From Octopus sinensis (Eukaryota), in the NCBI RefSeq assembly GCF_006345805.1, contig NC_043000.1:119846001-119910000 (forward strand): DNA of 64,000 bases. Direction: 5' to 3'. The translations under genes were made by a program, and so were the position numbers. Positions 1-12,899 of this stretch are shown piece after piece. How positions within the stretch are numbered: position 1 is the first letter of the stretch; every line of letters begins with the position of its first letter. The notes under the pieces were generated by a model. The model was not told the origin of the DNA and did not search any database. It worked only from the letters and a program-made list of their open reading frames with translations.

Positions 1-603
1 ATGTGGCCGATTACATCCTCACCACTGGCCCCTGTACCTGTCGCATGTAAAAAACACCATCCGAATGTGGCCGATGCCATCCTCACCACTGGCCCCTGTA
101 CCTGTCGCATGTAAAAAGCACAGTCTGAATGTGGCCGATGCCATCCTCACCACTGGCCCCTGTACCTGTCGCATGTAAAAAGCACCATCCGGATGTGGCC
201 AATGCCATCCTCACCACTGACCCCTGTACCTGTCGCATGTAAAAAGCACCATCCGAATGTGGTCGATGCCATCCTCACCACTGGCCCCTGTACCTGTCGC
301 ATGTAAAAAGCACCATCCAAATGTGGCCGATGCCATCCTCACCACTGGCCCCTGTACCTGTCGCATGTAAAAAGCACCATCCGAATGTGGCCAATGCCAG
401 TGCTGCCTGACTGACTCCCATGCTAGTGGCACATAAAACGCACCCACTACACTCTCAGAGTGGTTGGCATTATTAAGAGCATCCAGCTGTAGAAACATTA
501 CCAGATCAAATTGGAGCCTGGTGCAGCCTACTGGCTTGCCAGTCCCCAGTCAAACCGTCTAACTCATGCCAGCATGAAAAATGGATGTTAAACGATGATG
601 ATA
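1..603 (+). mobile_element. RTE 3' UTR copy with six tandem 64-bp subrepeats
   Basis: ATGTGG recurs at 1, 65, 129, 193, 257, 321 and 385. The remainder matches 57440-57610. Confidence 0.85.
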
Positions 604-1143
604 AATATTATTATTATGATGATGATGATGATGAGAGATACATGGCTGTATGGTTAAGAAGCTCATTTTACAACCATATAACTTGTGGTTCAATCCCACT
701 GCAAGGTATCTTGTGCAAATGTTTTCTACTATAGCAGTGACCTGAGTAATAATAATAATAATAATAATAATAATAGTAATCATATCGAAAAATACCTTAG
801 GAATGAGAACCCAGGTTCGAAATTTCCCCAAAATGAAGGTTGGAGGGTATACCAGCCGAAATGATAGCTGTCTTCATGTTTGTTTTAAAAGTCAAAAACT
901 TTATATAAACTATTCAGTTTCATAAATTTGAAATTCCAGTCCAAATAAACTGCAAAATGGAGGAAAAGAAACTTGAAAATAAATTGCCATTTCTTGTCTA
1001 AACTGTTTTTAAATTCAATAGCAGTCATGTGCTATTGTTTGCTTGAAATGTACCGACTATATGTTGATGTCAGATGCAGAGTTTGTTAGCAACTTAATGT
1101 CTAGGTACTGAAAAAAGAAACAAAAAAATTCTGATATTCTAAA

Positions 1144-1179
<36 letters not shown>

Positions 1180-1799
1180 GGGAGAGAGAGACTAGTTATA
1201 TTGTCTAGAAAATTTTGAAGCAGCTGCTCTGTCAGAATTACCGTTTCTTTAAGAGTAGATTACAAAGCATTTTTCACTGGTTTTGGAAGGCAACATGTAA
1301 TTGTACAAGTTTTTTGTTTGTATGTAGCTTAGTCTAGCCAGTGAAATATCAGACTCAGCTTCAGGCATGATGCCACGTGAAACACTTTGGTTATAAGGTT
1401 TAGCCACCAGACTACTGATCATATGGTATGGAGGCTCAGTGGCACCAGCAATGAGAAGTTATGTTAATGATGCTAAGAAAGAAGTCGGTACCATACCAGC
1501 ACCTGATTTCTGGCTTTTCTACAGCTGCTAGGACAACTATTGTTCTTTGGAATTGGCTAGTCTTTATGCTACCTCCACTCAGGCATACCCAGTCCACTTG
1601 TTTCTCCTTTTTTCCACAACCTATATTGTATTACTCCAGATCCATGACTCTCCTCCACAACAATAACCTGTTCCTGCTAATTTCCATCAAGCTTTGTCCC
1701 ATTACCTTCCTAATTACTCTTTCATATTTATTATTTATTTATTTACATTGATTTGAGTTAATCTAGGTATTATCTCGTAACTTCAAGATTTCAATGATG

Positions 1800-2335
1800 A
1801 TCATCATCATCGTTTAACACTTTCCATGCTAGCATGGGTTGGCCAGTTTGACTGAGGGCTGGTGAACCAGATGGCTGCATCAGGCTCCAGTCTTGATCTG
1901 GCAGAGTTTCTACAGCTGGATGCCCTTCCTAACACCAACCACTCCGAGAGTGTAGTGGGTGCTCTTTACGTGACACCGGCATGGGGCCAGCCAGGCGGTA
2001 CTGGCAACGACCTCACTCGAATCTTTTTACACATGCCACCAGCACGGGTGCCAGTAAGGCGATGCTGGTAACGATCCTGCTCAAATGGTGCCTTTTACAT
2101 GCCACCGACACGGAAGCCAGTTAGCCGCTTTGGCAACGATCACGCTCGGATGGTGCTCTTAGCACCCTACTAGCACAGGGCACAAGTGCCAGTAAGGCGA
2201 TGCTGGTAATGATCACACTCGAATGGTGCCTTTTATGTGCCACTGGCACGAAGCCGGTTAGCCACTCTGTCAATGATCACGCTTGTATGGTGCTCTTTGC
2301 ACCCCGCTAGCACGGGTGCTCGTCATCGAATTTCA
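1800..2335 (-). mobile_element. RTE 3' UTR copy
   Basis: Reverse complement matches the RTE tail and is closely colinear with 16318-16860. Confidence 0.85.
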
Positions 2336-2406
2336 CTTGATGTGATTATTTATTTTTAGAATGATGATGTAGGGCAGGTGTGAAAGGCCTGATATGAGCA
2401 GTTCAT

Positions 2407-2627
2407 CCCTTTCGCTTTCAGACTACTCTCTCAAATGGAACACTTATTTATTCACATTCTTTTGAATTAACCATACGTTATCTTATAGCTTTGAGTTTTC
2501 AATGATGTGATTGTTATTTTTAGAATGACATTGTAGGATAGGTGTGAGAGGCCAAATCTAGTTGGTATGAACATAAAAACAAGTAGAATATTTAGGCCAA
2601 ATATGGCCAGTTTAAATACTGTGGGGG
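2407..2627. mobile_element. piggyBac-type MITE copy (degenerate)
   Basis: Colinear with 44818-45038 and ends GGG|TTAA. Confidence 0.7.
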
Positions 2628-2941
2628 TTAACCTTTCAACCCCATGCACCAGAGAACTACCCAATATCCTATGGTTCCTTTCTGTCAAGGGGACTCTTTA
2701 GTCTTGCAAGTTAGTAGCCAGCCTTGCTAGTGCTGGTGCCATGGAACAAGCCACGTTCGGATGCTGCATTTTACATGCCACCGGCGCAGGTATCACAGCT
2801 ACAATTTCCATTTGATATTTTGATGTTGATGTACTTGACTCAATAGGTCTCCTCAAGCACCTATTTATATTTATTATAAAAGAAATCTTGTAAACCCAGG
2901 GTCTTGTAAATTGGTTCCTCATGAAGTGAATTATTACTGTA

Positions 2942-3662
2942 CTAGCATTAAAGACCTGTCGTTGCTGGGTCATAGTGCTAGTGCTTGTATATATGTGTAT
3001 ATATATGTGTACATCTATATATATACATCTACACATAAAATGCAAAATACAAAGTTATATCTTGATATCGCTAGTGATAACAATACTCAAAATATATAAC
3101 AGACTGGAATTGTCAGCTCTTCTTTTTTCTCTACATTGTATACTTTATAGACAATTGTCTTTTCTTTAATTTAATTTTTTATTATCCATCTGGACTATTC
3201 CATTTCTGCACGTTAATTTTATTTTTAATTTAATTCTCATTCATGTGAAACCACTTATTCAAGTTCAAATCATTGATGCAATTTTATACCAATTGCTATT
3301 TTTACTTTTTTTTTTATGTTACGATTATATTATACTTTAGTTTGATTTTAATTATTACTTACTACATATAATTCAATTGTTATTATTATTTTTATTGTTA
3401 AAGTGAAAGCATCTGACATAAAATAGAGAAATATTTTTGTTTCACTTTTAACACGTAATACTGAAATAGTGGAGAAGATATGATATTGCTATGGGCTCGC
3501 TCTAGGCAAGAAGTTGAACATTTTTTTTGCCCATGAAACTACATGGACCCTAAGTAAGGCATGTGTAAAATTTGAATGAAATTGGTTGTGTAGTTCTCAA
3601 GTTTTAGGGAAACACACAGACAGACAGACAGACACACATTCTTAGTTTTATATATATAAAGA
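2942..3662 (-). mobile_element. Probable non-autonomous Helitron (~720 bp)
   Basis: 5' end A|TCTTTATATATATAAAA plus (GTCT)n at 3662. The 3' hairpin and CTAG|T at 2942 resemble the end of the 55685 element. That both ends belong to one element is inferred. Confidence 0.65.
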
Positions 3663-4069
3663 TAATGAAAGTGTAGACATATGAGAGGGTTGGGATATGA
3701 TGTGCATCCAAATTTGTCAGAATGACTGTGTGGTAACAAGTTTGCTTTCCAATCACATGGTTTCAGGTTCATTCCCACTGCACGGCACCCTGGTTAGCTA
3801 TCTTCTATTATAGACTTACCAAAGTCTCTGCTACTTTTGGGTTTCATGTGGTATTCTGCCTGGAAATCATTATTTATCAACTTTGTCTTTATTGTCATCT
3901 TCATCATTGTTAGCATCCGTATTATTTCTTTTGAAATTAACCAGCAAATGTTTAAGCGTTCTGTTTTAATATCTTTTTGCTTCGTCTTCTTCAATCTCAC
4001 AATTTTAATCTCAGTTTTATTTCTTTTCATTCTAAACTCTCTCATTCTTTATTCCTTCCTCTCATCATC

Positions 4070-4074
4070 ATATA

Positions 4075-4124
<50 letters not shown>

Positions 4125-4215
4125 TATATATACTATATATATATATCACACACACATATATATACATATATATATATATATACACACATATATATATACA
4201 TATATATATATATAT

Positions 4216-4288
<73 letters not shown>

Positions 4289-5104
4289 TCATCATCATCA
4301 TCATCATCGTTTAACGTCCGTTCTCCATGCTAGCATGGGTTGGATGGTTCGACCAGGGTTCTGGGAAGCCAGAAGGCTGCACCAGGCTCCAGTCTAATCT
4401 GGCAATGTTTCTACAGCTGGATGCCCTTCCTAACGCCAACCACTCCGTGAGTGTAGTGGGTGCTTTTTACGTGCCACCTGCACAGGTGCCAGGCAGGGCT
4501 GGCAACGGCCACGGTCAGATTGGTGTATTTTATGTGCCACCGGCACGGAAGCCAGTCGAGGCGGTGCTGGCATCGGCCACGAGTCGGATAGTGCTTTTTA
4601 CGTACCACCAGACCAGGGATCCTGGCTGGTTCAATTCGATTTCGATTTCGCTTGCCCCAACATGTCTTCACAAGCAAAGGGGGTTGGCATGGGTGCCTGT
4701 CGTACGGTCACATTGGAGTATTTTACGTGCCACGGCCGCGAGTCGGATAGTGCTTTTTACGTACTACCAGACCAGGGATCCTGGCTGGTTCAATTCGATT
4801 TCGATTTCGCTTGCCCCAACATGTCTTCACAAGCAAAGGGGGGTTGGCATGGGTGCCTGTCGTACAGTCGCATTGGAGTATTTTACGTGCCACGGCCACG
4901 AGTCGGATAGTGCTTTTTACGTACCACCAGGCCAGGGATCCTGGCTGGTTCAATTCGATTTCGATTTCGCTTGCCCCAACATGTCTTCACAAGCAAAGGG
5001 GGTTGGCATGGGTGCCTGTCGTACGGTCGCATTGGAGTATTTTACGTGCCACGGCCGCGAGTCGGATAGTGCTTTTTACGTAGGATAGTGCTTTACACAC
5101 ACAC

Positions 5105-5135
<31 letters not shown>

Positions 5136-5210
5136 CACACACATATATATGCGTATATATACGTATATATATATACACACACATATATGTGTATATATAT
5201 ATATATATAC

Positions 5211-5242
<32 letters not shown>

Positions 5243-6047
5243 GTATATATATATATATACATATATACACATACACATACATATATATATACACACAACA
5301 TAAATACAAATATATATACACATGCACAAATATGTATGTATATACACACACATACAAATATATATGTATGCGCATGCATGTGTGTATATAGATGTGTGTA
5401 TATGTATGTGTGTGTATATATATATATGTATATATACACATGTGTGTATATATATATATATATAAATATATAATTGAAAATGAAGAGGAGAGTGATTTAT
5501 TTATATATATATATGAATAAAATTTCTTTTCACATCCTACTTATACTGTAAACTCCCCCACGTCTTCTCTCCATCTCACTGTTTCCAGTTCTGTCTCAGT
5601 CTTACCAATTTGTTCCAAATTCTTCCCTTCATTTAATGGTTTATAAAAACAAGAAGAAATATATACAATGGAGAAACAACAATAGCAAAACTAGCTATAC
5701 AAACAAGACTTGTATTTCAAACCTCACAAGTCAATAGATCCGTAAAGAGTCGAGAACAATTGGAAATTTCTCTTAAATTATGGTTTTTGTTTGTTTGGAA
5801 TTTTAAAAGTGATTTGTTTACTCTCTCTTATTTCTTCCTTTTGTTAAATTCTTTTGATGTTTTCAAAAATCAAAGCTTTTTGCCTATTTTGCAATTATTA
5901 GTGTAGACACATATACATACGAGCAAAAGTGTATGTATGTGTGTGTGTGTGTGTATATATGTTTGTATATATATATATATATACACATTGGTATATATAT
6001 ATATGTATTTATATATATGTATTTATATACACATTTGTATATATATA

Positions 6048-6078
<31 letters not shown>

Positions 6079-6198
6079 TGTGCTTGTATATATATATATT
6101 TATATATATATTTATATATATATGTATATATACATTTGTATTTATTTTGTATGTATATATATACATTTGTGTGTGTGTATATATTTCTTTATATATAA

Positions 6199-6242
<44 letters not shown>

Positions 6243-6465
6243 TTGTATATGTGTATATGTTTGCTTGAATGTATGAGGAACAGGTTTTCAGTAATGTTGA
6301 ATCACAATTGTACATATATACACATAAATATATACATACATACACACACGCATCTATATATATCTATATATATATACACGCACACACAGAGTGTGGGTGT
6401 ATATTAGAAGATATATATATATATATACATGTATCATACATACATCCATACACATATACATATAT
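4070..6465. repeat. Long (TA)n/(CA)n compound microsatellites
   Basis: Directly visible at 4070-4290, 5095-5472 and 5930-6465. Similar tracts at 15160-15425, 27220-27427 and 51400-51905. Confidence 0.95.
4290..5090 (-). mobile_element. RTE 3' UTR copy with 3 x ~159-bp tandem duplication
   Basis: GAGTCGGATAG at 4581, 4740, 4900 and 5059. (CAT)n tail at 4290-4308. Confidence 0.85.
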
Positions 6466-7175
6466 AATGCCAGCGCATATGTCCACACACGATCGCGTTT
6501 AGGCGTACGTCTACACTTAGACAAATATTAAACTGCTTTCTAATTTTTATTTCTTATGCCCATCCATAAATGCATAAGTGTGAATAGAAGAAATGGCAGA
6601 TAAAAAAAGTTTCTTTGTCTGCTCAATCAAGTCTTTTGTATTGAAATGTCCATCAAATATAATTGTTATTATTGTTGTTATCATTAAAACGGTGGGCTAC
6701 ATTGTGCAGTGATGAATTTTCAGTAAATTGACTCCACAGTAGAGTTTCAATTTTCTTGTTAGCCACCTTCAATTCTGTTTGTATTCCTAATGGTCTTAGA
6801 GAAAGTGAGGGACAAAGAGAGAAATATATATCGCCAATTTCTGTTTATCTTTCTCTGCTTTATTTATTTTGAAGTCTTGTGTGCATGAGCAAGAAATCTT
6901 TTTAGCCTAGAATACATCTACCATCAACATTTTAATAGGTTTCTGGTTGGAGTGCTTTTATTCTGCATGCTTCAGTTCATCATACTGTATGTATGTGTGC
7001 TTGTGAAAGCATGCGCACATGCACACATATACACACACACACACACATTAGTATCATTATCATAATCATCATCATCATTGTCATCTAGCATCCACATTTC
7101 ATTGCTTGCATGGCTCAGATGGTCTTGTCTTTGTTGAATCAGATTTGCTTATGGCCACATGCCCTTCTCACCATC

Positions 7176-7540
7176 ATATGTTGTCTTTGATAGGAGAGTC
7201 CATCATATGTATAAAGGGTAAAAGGGTAGAGACTCCCTTCAGTCATGAATGACCACGGTGGGATTGCACCTAGAAAGTTCCCCTCTGTGTCACAAGTCCA
7301 GGCAAGGTTGTTTATGGAAGACCAGCAGTCGCCCATGCATGCCAGCCTTGCCTCTTCATGTTGTCTTTGTTGGGAGAGCCCATCATATGTATAAAGGGTA
7401 AAAGGGTAGAGACTCCCTGCAATCATGAATGACCATGGTGGGATTGCACCTAGAAAGTTCCCCTCTGTAGCATAAGTCCGGGCAAGGTTGTTTATGGAAG
7501 ACCAGCAGTCACCCATGCATGCAAGCCTCCCCTCTTCATG
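7176..7540. repeat. 180-bp tandem duplication of a SINE tail plus flank
   Basis: Sequence starting at 7201 and at 7381 is nearly identical. Confidence 0.9.
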
Positions 7541-8059
7541 CCACCGATGGCATCCGAAGGAAAGGCAAAGGCCGTTACAGCTTGATACTGGTGACAGTGC
7601 AACTCGTTTCTGCCACAGAATCAACTGGAGCAATGTGAAATTAATTGTCTTGCTCAAGAACATGACACACAACCTGGTTTGGGAATTGAACTCACTACCA
7701 CATGATTGCAAGCCTCACACTCTAACCACTTAGCCATGCGTGTGTATGTGTGTGTGTGTGAAGACATGTAGCCTAGTGGCTAGAGTGTTGCATTCACGAT
7801 TGCTAGATCATGGGTTCAATTCCTAGACCAAGCTAGGTGTTGTGTTCTTGAGCAAAATTGGTAGCCCTGCAACAGAATAGCCCTCTAATCAGTGCTGAAT
7901 CTTGGCCTGCTTGCCTAGCCAAGCTGGGTGGCATTATTTGAAAGTTAAAACAACGTGAATCACATTGTGGCTAGTGTTGTATAACAACACACCATAGTCT
8001 GGTTGATACCATAATATACATTTATATGATGATATATATATTTTCATCATGTTGAACTG

Positions 8060-8400
8060 TCAATCCTTACATATTTTTTTCTCTTCGATTTTTTTCATTC
8101 TCTCTCTCTCTCTTTTTCCTCTTAATTCTTTCCATCAAAGAGCATAGGCTCGAAACATCAAAGACTTCTCCATTCTTCCTGACTGTTAAACTAATACACC
8201 CACTTGTTGTTCCTTCACCTGTCTTCGTCTTCTGTTTTCTGTAAATTTAAACTATATATATATTCACCATGATAGATCGTTAGCCTCTGAACCTTTTTAT
8301 ACTTTCTCTTCCTGTTCATTTTTGTGTTCCTTTCTGTCGAAGAGCATAGGCTTGAAATGTAAGAGACTTTCTCACTTCCCGAGCGTTACCTGTTTCCAGA
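8060..8400 (+). repeat. Two tandem copies of a repeat with a hammerhead-like motif
   Basis: CTTT-CCATCAAA-GAGCATAGGCTC-GAAACATC-AAAG (8128-8163) and CTTT-CTGTCGAA-GAGCATAGGCTT-GAAATGTA-AGAG (8330-8365). Confidence 0.6.
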
Positions 8401-9219
8401 CACGTTCTTGTAGAACATTGGAGGTGAATGTTACTGTTTGCCTGACAAAGACAATTGTTTTACTAGTACCATGCATTGTAAAGACAAGGAGGTACAAACA
8501 TATATTCAAACATGTATTCACTGGGACCGAACCTGGAACCATGAGACTGTTAAGTAAACTTCTTACCACACAACCACACCTGTGCCTCACAGTCACACCT
8601 CTGCCTCTTATATATAATTTACATCAGTAGATAAATTCTGCATCTTGTTTGTGTTTATAATATTTTATAATATTATGTCTGCAACCTTTGATCTATGCCT
8701 TGCCTAAGTCACATGCTGTTTACTATAAATACTGTTTACAACATTACTTGCAGTTATGTTGAAATGTAAAGTAAATTAAAACAATCCCAAATGTTGAGAA
8801 TACAGTCTAGCAAAGTCCAGGGACCACAGGTAACAAAGTAATATGTTTCTAAGATCTATGCCTGAGAGCAAGAGAACAACTGGTGTTTGTAAATTGTCAT
8901 TCCTCATTGGTTGATAATATCATAAACAACATCCAATAGCTGTTGAGACTATGGCTGGCCAATAGAGAATTGTGTACGGATGTTTCACATGCAATTATGT
9001 TAATTTTGTTTTTGCACAAAACATCATCAACACATTCTATATTCACATATATCAGCTCAACTTATATATTAAAGCAATTTGCATCTGTGTATCTGCTGAG
9101 TGTATGCTGTGGATTTTAAACCTAGAATTTGGAAGATAAACCACATGGAGTTTTTTTTGCATCAATTTTGTGAGTAAAAATAACTGTAGCTTCAACTGTT
9201 TGTAGTAAAAATGTATCTT

Positions 9220-9535
9220 TTATCTTTTACTTGATTCAGTCATCGGACTGTGGCCATGCTGAGGAAAACACCTTGAAGGGTGTTAGCCTCCTTCTTCTTT
9301 ATATTTGATCTTTCACTTGTTTCAGTCTTTGGACTGTGGCCATGCTGGAGCACCACCTTGAAAGGTGTTAACCTCCTTCTTCTTTATCTTTGATCTTTTA
9401 CTTGTTTCAGTCTTTGGACTGTGGCCATGCTGGAGCACCACCTTGAAAGGTGTTAACCTCCTTCTTCTTTATCTTTGATCTTTTACTTGTTTCAGTCTTT
9501 GGACTGTGGCCATGCTGGGGCACTGCTTTGAAGGG
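9220..9535. repeat. Tandem repeat, ~3.5 x 85 bp, built from a SINE tail plus flank
   Basis: GGACTGTGG at 9245, 9331, 9416 and 9501. Confidence 0.9.
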
Positions 9536-10607
9536 TTTAATCAAATGAATTCATCTTAATTCTAATTTTTTTAGTCTGGCACTTCTTGTATTGGTCTTTT
9601 TTTTTTGCCAAACTGCTGTATTACAAGGATGTAAACAAACAAACTCTCATTGTCAACTAATGAGTAGGTGGGCAGGACAAACAAGCACACATGCACGTAC
9701 TCTCTCTCACACACACACACGTATTAAAATTGTATATTTGTGTAAGGGAGATAAGTGTGTATGTGCACAAGGCATGGGTTCTTAAAAAGCTAGATTCTCA
9801 ACCATGTGGTCTTGGGGCCACCCCTACTGCATGTCACCTTAAGCAAGTCTTCTATTATAGTCCTGGGCTGACCAAAGCCTTATAAGTGAATTTGGTCAGC
9901 AGAAACTGAAAGAACCCCATTGTATGTATGTATTGTGCAGGTGCACAATGGAACACCTGTCAAATGTGAAAATGATTGGAGACCAAATTGAAAATATTAG
10001 GCTTAGCTTCCCTTACTGGTTTATACCCAGAACAGTATGGTATCAATTCCAATAGACCATTTTAGGTATAGATCAGGGTTTTGATAGCAAGTTTCCCTTC
10101 TCTTTTATAGGGATGGTGGCTCGGGAGCACCCATGATGGTCTGCGAAGACCTTTGCTCAAGTCCCAAGAAAAAACCCTCTCAGCATATACATATATATAC
10201 GTGTCTAAATACATGTTTGTGTGTCAGTATGTATTTACATGAGCATGCATGTATATGGTTACATGTTTATCTATATGCTGGTATGTTAAAACAGTAACTA
10301 TTTGTAATATTTTCTATTTTTTACATAGAATGGTAAATTTTCCAGACATTTTTCTATGCTAATGTTAATACCTCTTTTTTATTCCTATTTAAAGCTAAGA
10401 TCAAAACAAGAAGTTAGAAGGTAAAAATGAATTTACAAAAAACTTAACATAAACCTACACAAAATAGGATGGATAGAACAAAAAAAAAAAAATTCAAAGA
10501 AGTCCAGTATACAAATAAATACCACTAATTTGAATTACTAGCTATTTGTGTACAAACTATTTTTGTTTTCTTAATTTCTAAAAACTAATTTGTTAATTTT
10601 ATTTTCC

Positions 10608-10642
<35 letters not shown>

Positions 10643-11289
10643 AAAGAAGAAATATATTTATCTAATTCTGTGAAAAATATGTTCAACTGTTTTGAAACAA
10701 CTAACAAATAATAATGATGATAAAGATGATGATGATAATAATAATAATAATGATATTAATAATGATTATAGTTATTATTGTAGCAAGATAAAAAAATAAA
10801 ATAAAATAATAAAATATACCCTGGAAATATTCCTTTTATTCCTTAAATTTCTTTTATCAAGCTTCTGATTCTTGGAACTTTTTAATTTAATGAAAAAAGA
10901 TACATTATCAAAAAGAAAAAAAAAAGATGACAAACATGTTTATTCACTGCCCACAATAAGGTAATGAACTGAGTCAGTTTGTTGACATTTTGTCATTGAA
11001 GAATGGTAAAATTCCATGTTGAATTATATATGGCACTCTGTCGGTTCATCTGGTCTATAGAACAGCTTGCTTGTATAATTAATGTGCAAGTGGCTGAGCA
11101 CTCCACAGACACGCATACCCTCAGAGAGATTCAGCATGATACAGGATGTGACAAGGCTGGGTCTTTGAACTACGGGTACTACTCATTTTTGCCAGCTGAG
11201 TGGACTGGAGCAATGCAAAATAAAGTGTCTTGCTCAAGGACACAGTGTGCCGCTAGTAATAACCACTAAGCCGTGCGCCTTTGTTGATA

Positions 11290-11955
11290 TCATCATCATC
11301 ATTTAACATCCGCTTTCCATGCTGGCGTGGGTTGGACAGTTTGACTGGGGACTGGCAAGCCAGGAGGCCACACCAGGCTCCGATCTGATTTGGCAGTGTT
11401 TCAACAGCTGGATGCCCTTCCTAATGCCAACCACTCCGAGAGTGTAGTGGATGCTTTTTATGTGCCACCAGTCAGGTGGCACTGTTATTGACCAAGTTTA
11501 GATGGCGCTTTTTACATGCTAGTGGCACAGGGGCCAGTCGGGGCTGTGGTGGGGATGATATTGACCACATTCGGATGGTGCTTTTTACATGCCGTCTTAG
11601 TGATATGAAAAAAGTATGCATGTGTTGTGTGTGTGTGTGTGAGAGGGAGAGAGAGAAAGAGTAGATTTATATATGGTTTCATGTTCGCTTTCCATGCTGG
11701 CATAGGTTGGATGGTTTGACTGAGGACTGGTGAGCCAGAGGTTGCACCAGGCTCAATCTGATCTGGCAAGGTTTCTACAGCTGGATGCCCTTCCTAACAC
11801 CAACCACTCCGAGAGTGTAGTGGGTGCTTTTTATGTGTCACTGGCATGAGGGCCAGTCAGGTGGTTCTGGCAACGACCATGCTCAAAAGGTGTTTTTACA
11901 TGCTACCTGCATGGGAGCCAGTCTGGCGGCACTGGCAACGACCATGCTCAAATGT
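11290..11955 (-). mobile_element. Two RTE 3' UTR copies
   Basis: CAGCTGGATGCCCTTCCTAA..CCAACCACTCCGAGAGTGTAGTGG occurs twice (about 11405 and 11778). Confidence 0.85.
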
Positions 11956-12339
11956 TGTATATATATTTGTTTATGTGTGTCACTGTCTCCGTGTCATGAT
12001 TCTTGATATTGCATGGTAGTTGTACACAGATGTCTGTGTTATGTAAGTAATGTCTCTTATTCCTAGTCTTCTGTGAAAACAATGTCTAGTCTTGGGGGAA
12101 ATGTAATATGAGCTTACTTGGAAACAGGTGAAGTTTTGTAATGAGAAGAGCATCTGACTGTAGGAGATCTACCTCAGCAAAATTGCATCTAACTCATGCA
12201 AGCATGAAAAAAATGAGTGGGCATTAAAAATCAATGATGAAGATGATGTTGATGATGATGATGATCGCTGCAGTAAAGCAGTACATATTCTGCTCTCATG
12301 CTTAACTTTTAACTGTTTTATACTTTTCTCTCATTACAG

Positions 12340-12376
12340 CGATATTAAAGATAAGAACTTCATGTTGCATTATGAG
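12340..12376 (+). CDS. PNPT1: PNPT1 (mitochondrial PNPase) internal exon, 37 bp, (x)DIKDKNFMLHYE
   Basis: Acceptor tacttttctctcattacAG and donor GAG|GTAAGT. Peptide IKDKNFMLHYE matches the human PNPT1 sequence as I recall it. Splices in frame to the next exon. Confidence 0.95.
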
Positions 12377-12899
12377 GTAAGTTGATAATTTGCTCAGTCC
12401 CTTTTTAAAATCTTTTCATAGTGATGGTGGGGGCTGTCACAAAGCAGAGCTCCACCATCTAACTCAGTGGTTCTCCACTGGGGTCCAAATGACCCTTGGG
12501 AGTTCACAGAAGATTTTCCTTGTTAAAATCTATCTGCAATAAATTGGTTATATTTCTACAATGTACAAAATATTTTAACAATTTTTTTTTAATACAGTTC
12601 CTAATAATGTTGAGTTTCTTTTACTTTCTTTTCTTTTGTTTGTTTCAGTCATTTGAATATGGCCATGCTGGAGCACAGCCTTTAGTCGAACAAATCGACC
12701 CCAGTACTTATTCTTTGTAAGCCTAGTACTTATTCTATCGGTCTCTTTTGCCGAACCGCTAAGTTACGGGGACGTGAACACACCAACATCAGTTGGTGTG
12801 TTCTGCCTCATGAAGGTCACTCCTCATGAAGTGCAGTACCTCATGAAGTGCACTGCCTCATAAAGGTCACTCCCAGCTCTCACTGTGCATGCAACCATG

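Noticed and set aside
1-397. Regular repeats resembling a CRISPR array (also 9220-9535 and 32671-33122)
   Set aside because: Whole units repeat with no unique spacers, the context is eukaryotic and there are no cas genes.
4327-5088. 253-aa ORF with internal repeats
   Set aside because: Antisense read-through of an RTE 3' UTR with 159-bp tandem units; not a gene.
10092-10170. Strong-looking acceptor TTTCCCTTCTCTTTTATAG followed by GDGGSGAPMMVC
   Set aside because: No similarity to the expected upstream PNPT1 exon and no convincing donor.
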